Shown: positions 49,864-59,982 of the stretch, one piece after another
How the letters are laid out: each line of letters opens with the position of its first letter
Numbering within the stretch: the first letter of the stretch is position 1
From: Candidatus Babeliales bacterium
GTDB taxonomy: Bacteria > Babelota > Babeliae > Babelales > JANWKD01
DNA length: 64,000 bases
Direction of reading: 5' to 3'
Assembly: GCA_963701665.1 (NCBI GenBank)
Contig: OY969622.1
Span: 736,001 to 800,000 of the forward strand
Position numbers and translations under genes: made by a program
Notes under the pieces: model-generated
Told to the model about the DNA's origin: nothing
Database searches by the model: none
The model's input: only the letters and a program-made list of their open reading frames with translations

Positions 49864-51234
49864 TTAGGAAATGATACAACGTTTGCGACGCGCATTATCA
49901 GGTCCTTTCTCATCCAGCTTCTCCTGTATTCTGTAACGTAATATATCTGGTTGCGGGAATGAAGATAAGGTGGCTTCATCGCTAAGCAAACGCGTTAATA
50001 TATCTTTTCTATTATGGTCAATTGCCTTTTCAACAGCAAGTTTAAACGCCAGCTTATACACTGAATCAATGGTTAGCTTTTCAGGAACGCAGAAAATATC
50101 GACCTGCTGATCTTTAGATTCATAATCAACATTTATAAAACTAGGAAAATTATTCTGATCGGCAACAAAATAACACGGATTATCCCCCAATGAGCTTCTT
50201 ATGGTGAATTTTTTAAGCAACTTACCATGAATATCGTATCCCAAAAGGTCACCATATTGGCCTGATGTTATAACTACGTTATTTTTTATGCAAAGTACAA
50301 TTCCATCGATAGACTCCTCTTTTTCAGGTATTTCTTTTTTAGCCATTATTTTTGTTTTTTTTGTATGATGTTCTGCAATTGCTACGATTGAATCATCATC
50401 AGCAATAATAATACGATCGATTTTTTCTTCCGGTATCTCTTCCACCATTTTACTTGCTAAACAGATTTTATAGGATGGTTTTTTTTCGCAGCCAACATAA
50501 AGAAATTGATTATCATGCGTTAACGCAAGAGATTTGATTGGATTATCAACGCTCTTAATCCTATTGTTAAAAAAGCTAAGTTCAGCCAAACTCTGGCTTT
50601 CAATAGATGTTTGATCTTTAATGCCATCGCAGGGAAACGTTAAGATTTTATGCCGAGTAGCTATATACACCACTGGTTTCTTGTCAGTTGAAACGACACA
50701 GTCCTTTTCTTCATTTAATTCTTTTTTCCCCAAAAATCTCAATGGAATTTCGGACGAAAAAAATGAAATTGCTTGCTCAGAAATCCCGAGTAATAAAGCG
50801 ATGTTAGGCACCCGCTCGATATACTGAATTGGATCATTTCTATCCTGATTATTTTTTTGATAGGTAATTTTATTCTCGCTATCGTGCACAAAAAATCCTA
50901 AAGAATTACACCCAAAATGGCATGATTTATATTTTGTTAAAGAGTGCAAATAATAACGTTCATGCAATGAGCGCGTCACTTCTTGCCACTGCGGACATAG
51001 CATAAAATCAATGCGTTCAATAACTTTTTCTTGCAAGGAATCTGGCAAAGATTCTAGGGTGCCCTTAATTCTTTTAACCTCTTTAAATAAAGGCTCATCT
51101 AGATTAAAATTGTCGTAGAAATAATGTGCAGCTGGGCTAATGCAGATAGTTAGGAGCGAAGGCACTTCCATCGCATCGAGACTGAAAAATAAACCCGCTA
51201 AAAAAATTGGTATGAAATTTCTATTCATAGTCAT
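49864..51234 (-). CDS. Secreted beta-propeller (WD40-like) protein with N-terminal BC-box-like motif
   Basis: Signal ..LDAME, VPSLLTICISPA, IKSLALTHDNQFLYVG blade-like repeats. Confidence 0.55.
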   Translation of the reverse strand: MTMNRNFIPIFLAGLFFSLDAMEVPSLLTICISPAAHYFYDNFNLDEPLFKEVKRIKGTLESLPDSLQEKVIERIDFMLCPQWQEVTRSLHERYYLHSLTKYKSCHFGCNSLGFFVHDSENKITYQKNNQDRNDPIQYIERVPNIALLLGISEQAISFFSSEIPLRFLGKKELNEEKDCVVSTDKKPVVYIATRHKILTFPCDGIKDQTSIESQSLAELSFFNNRIKSVDNPIKSLALTHDNQFLYVGCEKKPSYKICLASKMVEEIPEEKIDRIIIADDDSIVAIAEHHTKKTKIMAKKEIPEKEESIDGIVLCIKNNVVITSGQYGDLLGYDIHGKLLKKFTIRSSLGDNPCYFVADQNNFPSFINVDYESKDQQVDIFCVPEKLTIDSVYKLAFKLAVEKAIDHNRKDILTRLLSDEATLSSFPQPDILRYRIQEKLDEKGPDNARRKRCIIS

Positions 51235-51611
51235 TATTTTTTAAAACAACGATTCCTTATAGCTTGTTGTTCAACAATACATCGAGAACATTCTTTCAAT
51301 GCATTTCGCATTTTTTGCGTACATTCATCATATTGATGTCGCTGCTGCTGCGAAGCATCTTTGACAAAATTTGGTTTTTCTTGACTGATTGTTGCCCGTA
51401 CATCATTGTGCGTAGCATCTAGGAGTTCTGTAACATTTTTCAGATGTGTTGTTATGTCTTGTAGAAGATCACCATCACCGGCAATAATGTGTTCGGGCGT
51501 AATGCGCGGCTTTTTTTTGGTGCTTTCTTTTTTTGATAAGACAAAAGTATCTGCACCCAAAATAGTAAGCACAATACCTCCCATGGCAAGCGTATATACT
51601 ATTTTTTTCAT
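51234..51611 (-). CDS. Secreted hypothetical protein
   Basis: Signal peptide; overlaps pgsA stop. Confidence 0.55.
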   Translation of the reverse strand: MKKIVYTLAMGGIVLTILGADTFVLSKKESTKKKPRITPEHIIAGDGDLLQDITTHLKNVTELLDATHNDVRATISQEKPNFVKDASQQQRHQYDECTQKMRNALKECSRCIVEQQAIRNRCFKK

Positions 51612-52216
51612 ACGTCTTCTCTAGATTCATCGGTAATTTTTAACAAATTAGTTGCAATGAGCGTGTAATGCACTAAGCATGCTCCACTTAAAATGCTCAA
51701 GAGCCCTAGCATAAAAAAATAGGTTTTAACCGGCATCCAATTAAAAAAATAACAAGAAAAAAGCCAAATAATAAAGCAAATTTGTACAAACGTAGTCATT
51801 TTACCAAGGGTAGTTGGGCGTATTTCAAGAAATCCTTTCAGCCAATACACAAGGCATGAACCAACGATCATGACAAGTTCTTTAATTAAAACTAATGAAA
51901 CAAACCAACGGGGAATAGAAAAAAGCGGAGAATTGATAAAAGCGAGGGTAGTAAAACAACTCAAAAGCAGTAATTTATCTGCTAATGCATCTAAACACGC
52001 GCCTAAAAATGTTTTTACATTCCACCAGCGAGCGAGTGCACCGTCGATCAAATCCGTGCACGCGGCCATTAAAAAAAGATAAAAGCTCACACCCCATTGT
52101 TGCTGCATCATGGTAACTATAATCCAAGGGACAAGAAAAAGACGCGTGATGGTAAAAAGCGTGGGTATAGTAATACGCCACTCGTTGTTGCTGCTATAAG
52201 AATAGAATGAGTTCAA
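51608..52216 (-). CDS. pgsA: CDP-alcohol phosphatidyltransferase (PgsA-like)
   Basis: TDLIDGALAR..LGACLDALADK, GKMTT. Confidence 0.88.
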   Translation of the reverse strand: MNSFYSYSSNNEWRITIPTLFTITRLFLVPWIIVTMMQQQWGVSFYLFLMAACTDLIDGALARWWNVKTFLGACLDALADKLLLLSCFTTLAFINSPLFSIPRWFVSLVLIKELVMIVGSCLVYWLKGFLEIRPTTLGKMTTFVQICFIIWLFSCYFFNWMPVKTYFFMLGLLSILSGACLVHYTLIATNLLKITDESREDV

Positions 52217-52305
52217 GAGAAAGCCCTATACTATAATAATGTTGAGTGCACAAGCTAAGTACTTTTTAAGAATAGCACAAAAAACAGTAATGAAAATAAG
52301 CTTTT

Positions 52306-53364
52306 TTATGAACTTTTTTCAATTCTCCCACTGCCAAGGCAAATAGGCCCATCATATAAAGCTGCAAATTGTCCCGGCGCAATGCCTTGATCATGATCAT
52401 TGAGCGTCAGATATGCCTTTTGACCCTCAAAGGTTACGTGCGCTTCATGTTTGTGCGCCCCGTGACGAAGTTTTACCCAAAGACGCGCGGCATTTGGACG
52501 CTCGCCTGAGATCCAATTGAAATGAGCAACTTCGCACGCGTTCCGTTTTTTATCTGGCGCATAATACGCGCGGGAAATGTAGACAATGTTTGCTTCAGGA
52601 TCTTTGGCGACCACATACCACGGCCCTCCCGCCAAACCAATACCCTGCCGTTGCCCAATGGTGTAATACCAAAAACCTTGATGGGTTCCCATGCGTTCAC
52701 CCGTTTCAATTTCAACGAGATCGCCCGGTTTTTTGCCCAGATGGAACGATAAAAATTCATCGAATTTTAGTTTGCCAAGAAAGCAGATTCCTTGGCTATC
52801 TTTTCTTTGCTTGGTCGGCAAATCATAGTCATGTGCTAGCGCACGCACTTGCACTTTTGTCAGATGCCCGATCGGAAATAAAGCGCGCGAAAGTTGTTGT
52901 TGGCTGAGGTGGGATAAAAAATAGGTCTGATCTTTGATAGGATCTGGTGCTTGCACAAGAGAAAAAATACCGTTTTCTTCCACTACTTGGGCATAATGGC
53001 CGGTAGCCACTTTATCAAATTCATCGCCAATGACATCATAAAAAGCACCGAATTTGACCTGCTGATTACATAAAATATCAGGATTGGGAGTCAAACCCGC
53101 TTTTACTTGATTGATCGTATAGGAAACCACGCGTTCCCAATACTCTTTTTGCAAAGAAACCACGCGCAATGGCACATCCAATTTTTGGCACACGCCCTCG
53201 ACATACTGAAGATCCTCTTGCCAAGGACAATTGCCTAAAAAAGAAAGTTCATCTTCAAGCCAAATTTTTAAATAGAAGGCGGTAAGCTCATGCCCCTGAT
53301 TTTTTAAAACCTGTAGGGCTACCGAGCTATCAACGCCACCGGAAACTAACACTGCTATTTTCAT
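52306..53364 (-). CDS. mnmA: tRNA 2-thiouridylase MnmA
   Basis: SGGVDSS, TPNPDILCN, ATGHY, KDQTYFL, DSQGICF, GQFA. Confidence 0.97.
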   Translation of the reverse strand: MKIAVLVSGGVDSSVALQVLKNQGHELTAFYLKIWLEDELSFLGNCPWQEDLQYVEGVCQKLDVPLRVVSLQKEYWERVVSYTINQVKAGLTPNPDILCNQQVKFGAFYDVIGDEFDKVATGHYAQVVEENGIFSLVQAPDPIKDQTYFLSHLSQQQLSRALFPIGHLTKVQVRALAHDYDLPTKQRKDSQGICFLGKLKFDEFLSFHLGKKPGDLVEIETGERMGTHQGFWYYTIGQRQGIGLAGGPWYVVAKDPEANIVYISRAYYAPDKKRNACEVAHFNWISGERPNAARLWVKLRHGAHKHEAHVTFEGQKAYLTLNDHDQGIAPGQFAALYDGPICLGSGRIEKSS

Positions 53365-53521
53365 TATATCTCTCTATGAGTTGAACTTATGAGATAGTGT
53401 ATAACAACAACCAAAAATTGTCTATTTGGCTAAAATTCAAAAAACTAAATATATCGTTACAAATGGCTTATTTTTTGTTATTATATAGAAATAATTAAAT
53501 CCATAAAAAGAGGTTCATTTC

Positions 53522-54094
53522 ATGTTGAGAAAAATAGTTTTAATTCTATGCTTAGCGCCTTTAACAATCTGCCCTTATCAAGATAAAACTCTCCAAGATA
53601 CCTTCAATAAACAAGAAGGCATCTTTCTTGCCTCAGTTCAAGAAGCAGCGAAGGACACTCCTAAAGAAATACTACGCTGTGGAGTAACATTAGGTGCTCT
53701 TATTAAGAAAGCACTTATAAAAATCAAAAAACACACTATTCATTATTATACTCGTTCAAATGGATACGATAAAAATCTCTATAAAGAAAACCTAAAAAAA
53801 ATTGAAAAAAATATTGGAAATAAGCTGTTCAAAAATATTCTTGAGATGGATATTAAATACAAAACATACAATGCAATGACCAATGATATGACTAAGTTAG
53901 CAGCGCTCAACAAAAGTCTTGATCAATTATTTCAATTACTTGAAAAAAAATATGCAAAACAACTTACCATCATTAAGAGAAAACACCTTCATGAAATATC
54001 TGAATATCTCCCGTATGAAGAGATTAAAGAAATAATAGAATATATCGAGTCATTAGTTGATAAAGTAACGCAAGAATTTAAAAAAGCATTATAA
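53522..54094 (+). CDS. Secreted helical hypothetical protein (paralogue of 54110-54592)
   Basis: Signal peptide; NKQEGIFLAS and KHL..LPYEE motifs shared with the next gene. Confidence 0.6.
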   Translation: MLRKIVLILCLAPLTICPYQDKTLQDTFNKQEGIFLASVQEAAKDTPKEILRCGVTLGALIKKALIKIKKHTIHYYTRSNGYDKNLYKENLKKIEKNIGNKLFKNILEMDIKYKTYNAMTNDMTKLAALNKSLDQLFQLLEKKYAKQLTIIKRKHLHEISEYLPYEEIKEIIEYIESLVDKVTQEFKKAL

Positions 54095-54109
54095 AAAAAT
54101 AGGCCCGCT

Positions 54110-54592
54110 ATGTTAAAAAAATCATTACTTACGTTTTTAATTTTAATCACAACGCTACAAACATTCTCCCATCAAGACAACCAAGCTGAAATTAATAAAC
54201 AAGAAGCAATTTTGCTTGCGTCAATAAAAAATTTCAATCCAGAAGAATTAAGCATAGTAAAAGAATATATAAAAACCTTAAGAAAAATAGTTATTTACAT
54301 GGATAGTTATCTTAATAATGAACCACTCAGAGCAAAAAATCCTGAACCGGCTTCAGTATTTAATACGAGAATAAGCACAAGCTCAATGAAGATAGCAAAG
54401 CTGAAAGACCTTTATGGCTTTATACAAAATATATATATACAAATTTGTGCCCTATCTTCTTTAGTACTAAATAAACATCTTGAGTATAATGGTGAAATAA
54501 TTCCTTTTGATGAAGAAGGAAAATCATTACATTATATGGCAGAATTGATAGAAAAAATGCTCGATGAAATTAGAAAATTGCAAGCAAACTAA
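54110..54592 (+). CDS. Secreted helical hypothetical protein (paralogue of 53522-54094)
   Basis: Signal peptide; NKQEAILLAS and KHL..IPFDE. Confidence 0.6.
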   Translation: MLKKSLLTFLILITTLQTFSHQDNQAEINKQEAILLASIKNFNPEELSIVKEYIKTLRKIVIYMDSYLNNEPLRAKNPEPASVFNTRISTSSMKIAKLKDLYGFIQNIYIQICALSSLVLNKHLEYNGEIIPFDEEGKSLHYMAELIEKMLDEIRKLQAN

Positions 54593-54593
54593 A

Positions 54594-54669
54594 GTGACAT
54601 TCGCCCATTTTTGTTTATGCTAATCTGAGTACCATAAATAATATCTTTGCAGTCGTAGCGAATTTCAAT
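54594..54669 (+). repeat. 76-bp direct repeat, copy 1 (duplicated argS promoter/leader)
   Basis: 73/76 identical to 55135-55210; contains GTGACA-N16-TATGCT. Confidence 0.92.
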
Positions 54670-54682
54670 AAGGAATTTTAAT

Positions 54683-55123
54683 ATGGCAATGACTTTACAA
54701 GAAATTTCAGATCGTTTTGAGATAATGGATTTATTAACTGCTTATTGTTCTGCTATTGATTCTAAAGACATTGATGCTCTGGACCTTGTTTTTACTGATG
54801 ATGCTTGCATTGACTATTCAAAGGCAGGCGGGCCGAAGGCTGATTTGAAAACTATTAAAAAATTTTTACGCGAAAACTTAGGCAATTTGCCACGCCAACA
54901 TATTATTTCCAACTTCCAAATACAGATCAACGGTGATTCGGCAGATGTGCGTTCTCTTTGTTATAATCCATTGGAACTACCAAGCCAAGGAGATGTTCCT
55001 GAGGTAGCAATTTGGGGATTTTGGTATAATGACAAGCTAATTCGTACCTCAAATGGTTGGCGAATTAAAGAAAAAATCACTGAGCCTTGCTATAACTGGA
55101 AGATTCAAAGAACCAGTTCTTAG
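54683..55123 (+). CDS. NTF2/SnoaL-like protein
   Basis: ISDRFEIMDLLTAY..AID..VFTDDA..QHIISN..YNDKLIRT..GWRI. Confidence 0.88.
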   Translation: MAMTLQEISDRFEIMDLLTAYCSAIDSKDIDALDLVFTDDACIDYSKAGGPKADLKTIKKFLRENLGNLPRQHIISNFQIQINGDSADVRSLCYNPLELPSQGDVPEVAIWGFWYNDKLIRTSNGWRIKEKITEPCYNWKIQRTSS

Positions 55124-55134
55124 TTCAGACTAGG

Positions 55135-55210
55135 GTGACATTCGCCTATTTTTGTTTATGCTAATCTGAGTACCGTAAATAATATCTTTGCAGTTGTAGC
55201 GAATTTCAAT
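55135..55210 (+). repeat. 76-bp direct repeat, copy 2 (argS promoter/leader)
   Basis: Ends within the argS ATG. Confidence 0.92.
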
Positions 55211-56864
55211 GAAGAAAAATTCTTTAGACACTCTCAAACAAGCTTTTTATCTCTATCTCACCCAAACGTTTTCTAATGTCGAATCATTGCTGCCAAGCAT
55301 CACCTTTGAGCTCAATGCTGATGAAACCAAAAAAGATTTTGGTGATATCAGCACCAATGCTGCACTCGTTCTAGCCAAAGCATTAAAAAAGAACCCTCGC
55401 GACGTTGCTCAAACGATCAGCAAAGATTTTGTCCATTCACACGTTCAAAAAAGTGAAATTGCGGGCCCGGGATTTATCAATTTTTTCCTCACCCAAGCAT
55501 CCATGGATGAGCTAGCACAAACTCTTTTTGAGAATCATACCCATTTTTTTTCAGAATCATTGTCACCAAACAAAAGATATTGCATTGAATTTGTAAGTGC
55601 CAATCCAACGGGGCCTTTGCATCTTGGGCATGGGCGTGGCGGCATTATCGGGGATGTACTTGGCAATGTACTGAAATTTTTAGGTAACGACGTCATTAAA
55701 GAATACTATATCAATGATGCTGGTTCTCAAATTATCAAACTTGGCATTTCACTCAAAATTCGCTGTCAACAAGCCTTGGGCTATGATGCTGTTATTCCCG
55801 AAGATGGTTACCACGGTGAGTATCTAAAAACAGTGGCACAAGAATGCATTGATGAATTTGGGCAAACGATTGTCAATGAACCCGATTCAATTCTTGCACA
55901 ACACGCGCAAACAAAATTATTGCGCCTTATTAAAAAAACACTCGAAGATTACGGCATTCATTTTGATATGTGGTTTTCTGAAAAAACATTGCATGATGCA
56001 CAATCAGTCAAAAAAGTTCTTGAACAGCTTGAAAAAGGCGAATTCACTTATTTTCAAGATGGCGCACGTTGGTTTAGTTCCACGCGTTTTGGCGATGATA
56101 AAGATCGCGTTTTACAGCGCGCGAATGGTGAATATACCTACATTGCCGCAGATGTTGCCTATTTAGAAAATAAATTGAAACGAGGGTTTGATAATCTCAT
56201 TTTAATTCTCGGGCAAGATCACCACAGTTATGTTATTCGCATGAAAGCCATCATGCAGGCACTCGGAGAAAATCCCGAGCGTTTGGACATCATTCTTTAT
56301 CAACTTGTTACGCTCAAGGAAGATGGCGAACTATTGCGCATGTCAAAACGCGCGGGCACCATGGTGAGTCTTCATGAAATTATTGAAACGGTCGGCACTG
56401 ATGTCGCGCGTTTCTTTTATTTGAATCGAAAAGCGGACGCGCATCTTGAATTCGATGTTGGGCTTGCACTCAAAAAGAGTGAAGAAAATCCGGTTTATTA
56501 TATTCAATATGCCTACGTGCGCATCTTAAGCATTTTAGAAAAAGCACAGCAAGAAGAAGCACTCAACAACTGTTCATTAAAAGATCTTATAAATCTTGAT
56601 GAAGATGAAAAAATGCTGCTCAAAAAGATTATCGCACTCAAATCGCTTCTTGCCACCATTCAAACAACCTTTCAAACGCATTTATTAGCCTATTATACTA
56701 TTGAACTTGCTCACGCATTCCACCGCTATTACAGCAAAAATCGAGTCATCGATACAAAACAGGTAGAAATAAGTCGTATGCGCTTAGCATTGTTGCATAT
56801 TTTACGTGATTCTTTTGAGTTATGTTTGAAGCTACTTGGTGTCAGTGCGCCAAAAATCATGTAA
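55209..56864 (+). CDS. argS: Arginine--tRNA ligase
   Basis: EFVSANPTGPLHLGHGR, RMSKRAG, NPVYYIQYA, C-terminal APKIM. Confidence 0.97.
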   Translation: MKKNSLDTLKQAFYLYLTQTFSNVESLLPSITFELNADETKKDFGDISTNAALVLAKALKKNPRDVAQTISKDFVHSHVQKSEIAGPGFINFFLTQASMDELAQTLFENHTHFFSESLSPNKRYCIEFVSANPTGPLHLGHGRGGIIGDVLGNVLKFLGNDVIKEYYINDAGSQIIKLGISLKIRCQQALGYDAVIPEDGYHGEYLKTVAQECIDEFGQTIVNEPDSILAQHAQTKLLRLIKKTLEDYGIHFDMWFSEKTLHDAQSVKKVLEQLEKGEFTYFQDGARWFSSTRFGDDKDRVLQRANGEYTYIAADVAYLENKLKRGFDNLILILGQDHHSYVIRMKAIMQALGENPERLDIILYQLVTLKEDGELLRMSKRAGTMVSLHEIIETVGTDVARFFYLNRKADAHLEFDVGLALKKSEENPVYYIQYAYVRILSILEKAQQEEALNNCSLKDLINLDEDEKMLLKKIIALKSLLATIQTTFQTHLLAYYTIELAHAFHRYYSKNRVIDTKQVEISRMRLALLHILRDSFELCLKLLGVSAPKIM

Positions 56865-56865
56865 G

Positions 56866-57888
56866 CTATTTTTCAAAACTTATACGATATGTTTCTAATT
56901 CTTTAATCCACGCTGTTTTTTGTTCTGCTGATGCAAATGATGATGCAAATGAATTCCGTGCGCATTGTACAAGATCATTATGTGATAAGCCTATTTTGGC
57001 GAAAGCTGCTTCATAGTTTTCATTAATATAGCTGCAAAAAAAGGCCGGATCATCTGAATTGATACTCACCAGAATGCCAGCATCAAACATCTTTTTGAGC
57101 GGGTGATTACGCACGTCGCCTACAATACCAAGAGCAACATTTGATAAAGGACACACAGTAAAAGCAATATTTTTCTTAATCACTTCTTGCACTAACGCCT
57201 GATCCTCAAGCACGTGAATGCCATGATCAATGCGTTCCACATCAAGTAATTGAATAGTGTCTCGAATCATTCCTGCATCGCATTCGCCCGCATGTGCAAC
57301 ACGATGAAAGCCATGCTTTTTTGCTTGCGCAAAGACATCAACAAATTTTGAAGGCGGGTTACCTTTTTCTGTTGAGGCCAAACCAACGCCAATTACGTAT
57401 TGTTTAAACGGCAGCAAAAGTTCAAGTGCTTCATGAGCATTTGCTTCACTTAAATGCCGAATAAAGCACATAATCATTTCAGCTGACATGCCAAACATTT
57501 TTTTGGCATCTTCAATGGCATGATAAATACCCATAATGATCGTTTTAGCAGGTAGCGCGCGCGGCATGTATGTTTGCAGATCAAAAAAAATCTCCGCGTG
57601 CATCACCTGTTGAGCGTACGCTTTTTTTAAATAAGCGAGGGTGAGATCATAAAAATCTCGCTCGGTACATAAAACGCGCGTTATCTGAACGTACGCATCA
57701 ATAAATGATTGATAATCTGAAAATTGATAGGCCTGTTTTGCTTGTTCGAGCGTTGTATAAGGAATCTTAATTTTATTGCGCTCGGCAAAGAGCAAAAATT
57801 GCTCCGGTTCCATCGTACCTTCAAAATGCACATGCAACTCTGCTTTCGGCATGTTTTTTATAAAATTTTCTTCATTATTTTTGAACAT
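56866..57888 (-). CDS. add: Adenosine/adenine deaminase
   Basis: PKAELHVHFEG, VAHAGE, RIDHG, CPLSN, NSDDP. Confidence 0.92.
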   Translation of the reverse strand: MFKNNEENFIKNMPKAELHVHFEGTMEPEQFLLFAERNKIKIPYTTLEQAKQAYQFSDYQSFIDAYVQITRVLCTERDFYDLTLAYLKKAYAQQVMHAEIFFDLQTYMPRALPAKTIIMGIYHAIEDAKKMFGMSAEMIMCFIRHLSEANAHEALELLLPFKQYVIGVGLASTEKGNPPSKFVDVFAQAKKHGFHRVAHAGECDAGMIRDTIQLLDVERIDHGIHVLEDQALVQEVIKKNIAFTVCPLSNVALGIVGDVRNHPLKKMFDAGILVSINSDDPAFFCSYINENYEAAFAKIGLSHNDLVQCARNSFASSFASAEQKTAWIKELETYRISFEK

Positions 57889-58010
57889 TGGCTTTTAAAT
57901 ACCCCTTATTTTTAACCTACTTGTTTAACAATTGATACTTTAATAAGTTATGATATAGTATGCACAACATTTCAATAATAACTTTTTTTATACGCTGAAA
58001 GGATAGCTCA

Positions 58011-58784
58011 ATGATGGTTTTTAAAAAAAGTTTAGCTGCGTTATCTCTCATGATGTTTTTTCAGGCCTATGCAGGACTCACACAAGAAGCACGAGAAAAA
58101 GGATTTGTATATTTGAAAGACATCGATCCAACAATTCGTGTTTCATTGCGGTATTTCTCTTCAGAAAATTTTGTTGGCAAGCCGGTTGATAGTTATAACA
58201 GTGACGTATTAATTGTACACAAAAAAACAGCAAAAAAATTAAGAAGAGTACAACGAGATGTCCAAAAAGATGGGTATTCATTGGTTATTTATGATGCGTA
58301 TCGCCCTCAAGATGCCGTTAATCATTTCATGCGTTGGAGTGAAGATCCATCAGACCAAACAAAAAAAGAAGAATATTATCCTCGTGTTGATAAAGCAAAA
58401 GTTTTTGAACTTGGCTATGTTGCAAAAAAGTCAGGACATAGCAGAGGAAGCACGGTTGATTTAACGCTAATTAAAAATGATGCACAATTACATCCGATAG
58501 AAAAGAAAGAACGTACCCTATTAGATGGTTTTAAAATTTTCTTACTAGATGATGGAACCGTTGATATGGGTTCATCATTTGATTTATTTGATAAGGCCTC
58601 CCATTATGAAGGTAATGATGATCTTATTGAGCCGCAGTATAAGCAACGAAGAACTTATTTAAAAGAAAAAATGGAAGCTCATGAGTTCAATAACTATTCA
58701 GAAGAATGGTGGCACTATACCCATAAGAATGAACCGTATATACGCAGTGAAGAATCGAGCTATTTCAATTTCCCGGTAGAGTAA
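58011..58784 (+). CDS. ddpX: D-Ala-D-Ala dipeptidase (VanX/DdpX, M15D), secreted
   Basis: YDAYRPQ, SGHSRGSTVD, EEWWHY; signal peptide. Confidence 0.92.
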   Translation: MMVFKKSLAALSLMMFFQAYAGLTQEAREKGFVYLKDIDPTIRVSLRYFSSENFVGKPVDSYNSDVLIVHKKTAKKLRRVQRDVQKDGYSLVIYDAYRPQDAVNHFMRWSEDPSDQTKKEEYYPRVDKAKVFELGYVAKKSGHSRGSTVDLTLIKNDAQLHPIEKKERTLLDGFKIFLLDDGTVDMGSSFDLFDKASHYEGNDDLIEPQYKQRRTYLKEKMEAHEFNNYSEEWWHYTHKNEPYIRSEESSYFNFPVE

Positions 58785-58807
58785 CACTTTTAATATTTTC
58801 TATAATA

Positions 58808-58840
58808 AAAAAAAGCCTGGCAAACAACCAGGCTTTTTTT
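58808..58840 (+). terminator. Intrinsic terminator
   Basis: AAAAAAAGCCTGG-caaacaa-CCAGGCTTTTTTT. Confidence 0.85.
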
Positions 58841-58983
58841 ATTTGTGAGACACTTTCCCCGTCTAACTTATCAAATATGCATGTCAAAGAGAGATTATTC
58901 AGTTTTTTGATAATCAAAATTGCTACTTTATAATAGCTTATGCTAGAGTATGCACAATATTGTCATAACGTTTTAGCGAAAGG

Positions 58984-59802
58984 ATGCTTTCAATGGTATT
59001 GACGGAAAAAAAAGCATTTTTATTCTTACTCATACTATTAAGCTGTAGTATTGATCATACTCTGCAAGCAAAAAAATTAATTGCTTCAAACCTTGGAAAT
59101 GAAGCGCATTCAAAGGGCTTTGTATATTTGTGTAATATAAAAGATACAGATGACATCAAACCCTCTTTAAGGCTTGTTTCCTTACAAAATTTTGCCGGAA
59201 TGCGTATGAAAGGATTCTCAAGAAAAGATCAGGTAGTTCTTACTAAAAAAACAGCAAAAAAACTTAAAAAAGTACAACGAGATGTCCAAGAAGATGACTA
59301 TTCATTAGTTATTTATAATGCGTATCATCCTCAAGATACCGATGATCAACTCATGAATTGGGCTGCAGATCTTTCAGATCAAAAAAACAAAGCAGATTAC
59401 TATCCTAATGTGGATAAATCAGAATTAATTAACCTTGGTTATATAACTCCTACATCAGCCAATAGCGTAGGACGTACCGTTGAGGTAACCTTAATTGAAA
59501 AAAATAAAAAATTACAAACAATAGTTAAGAGAAAGCGAATATTACAAGATGGAAGTAGCATTGTGCTTCTCGATGATGGTACGGTTGATATGGGCTCATC
59601 GTATGGATTATTTGATAAGGCATCTCACACTGATGACAACGGGCTTCTTGCACCAAAATTCAAAAAACGAAGAATGTATTTGCGCCGGATGATGGCTGCA
59701 CACGGATTCGTTAACACTGATCCAACAAAATGGTGGCTTTTCACCCTTGTAGGTAAGCCCAATACAGATGACAATCAGCACTTCAACTTTCATGTTCAAT
59801 AA
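58984..59802 (+). CDS. VanX/DdpX paralogue lacking Zn ligands (pseudo-enzyme)
   Basis: Colinear with 58011-58784 but has YNAYHPQ, SANSVGRTVE, TKWWLF. Confidence 0.85.
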   Translation: MLSMVLTEKKAFLFLLILLSCSIDHTLQAKKLIASNLGNEAHSKGFVYLCNIKDTDDIKPSLRLVSLQNFAGMRMKGFSRKDQVVLTKKTAKKLKKVQRDVQEDDYSLVIYNAYHPQDTDDQLMNWAADLSDQKNKADYYPNVDKSELINLGYITPTSANSVGRTVEVTLIEKNKKLQTIVKRKRILQDGSSIVLLDDGTVDMGSSYGLFDKASHTDDNGLLAPKFKKRRMYLRRMMAAHGFVNTDPTKWWLFTLVGKPNTDDNQHFNFHVQ

Positions 59803-59982
59803 ATCAATTTCAAAAACTTATGGTAAAAAGGCTTGGTTTTTAAACCAGGCCCTTTTATATCCTTTTTGATCTCCTCCCTTGCCAAAGCCCTAGTTGCTCA
59901 AAATCAACATTTTTGGCACACTAGAAATTGGTATCCCTACCTTTATAATTACTTGTATTATCCCCTTCAGGAGTTTTTCACA

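Noticed and set aside
58011..59802. Vancomycin-resistance cluster
   Set aside because: No vanH, vanA/B ligase or vanRS nearby.
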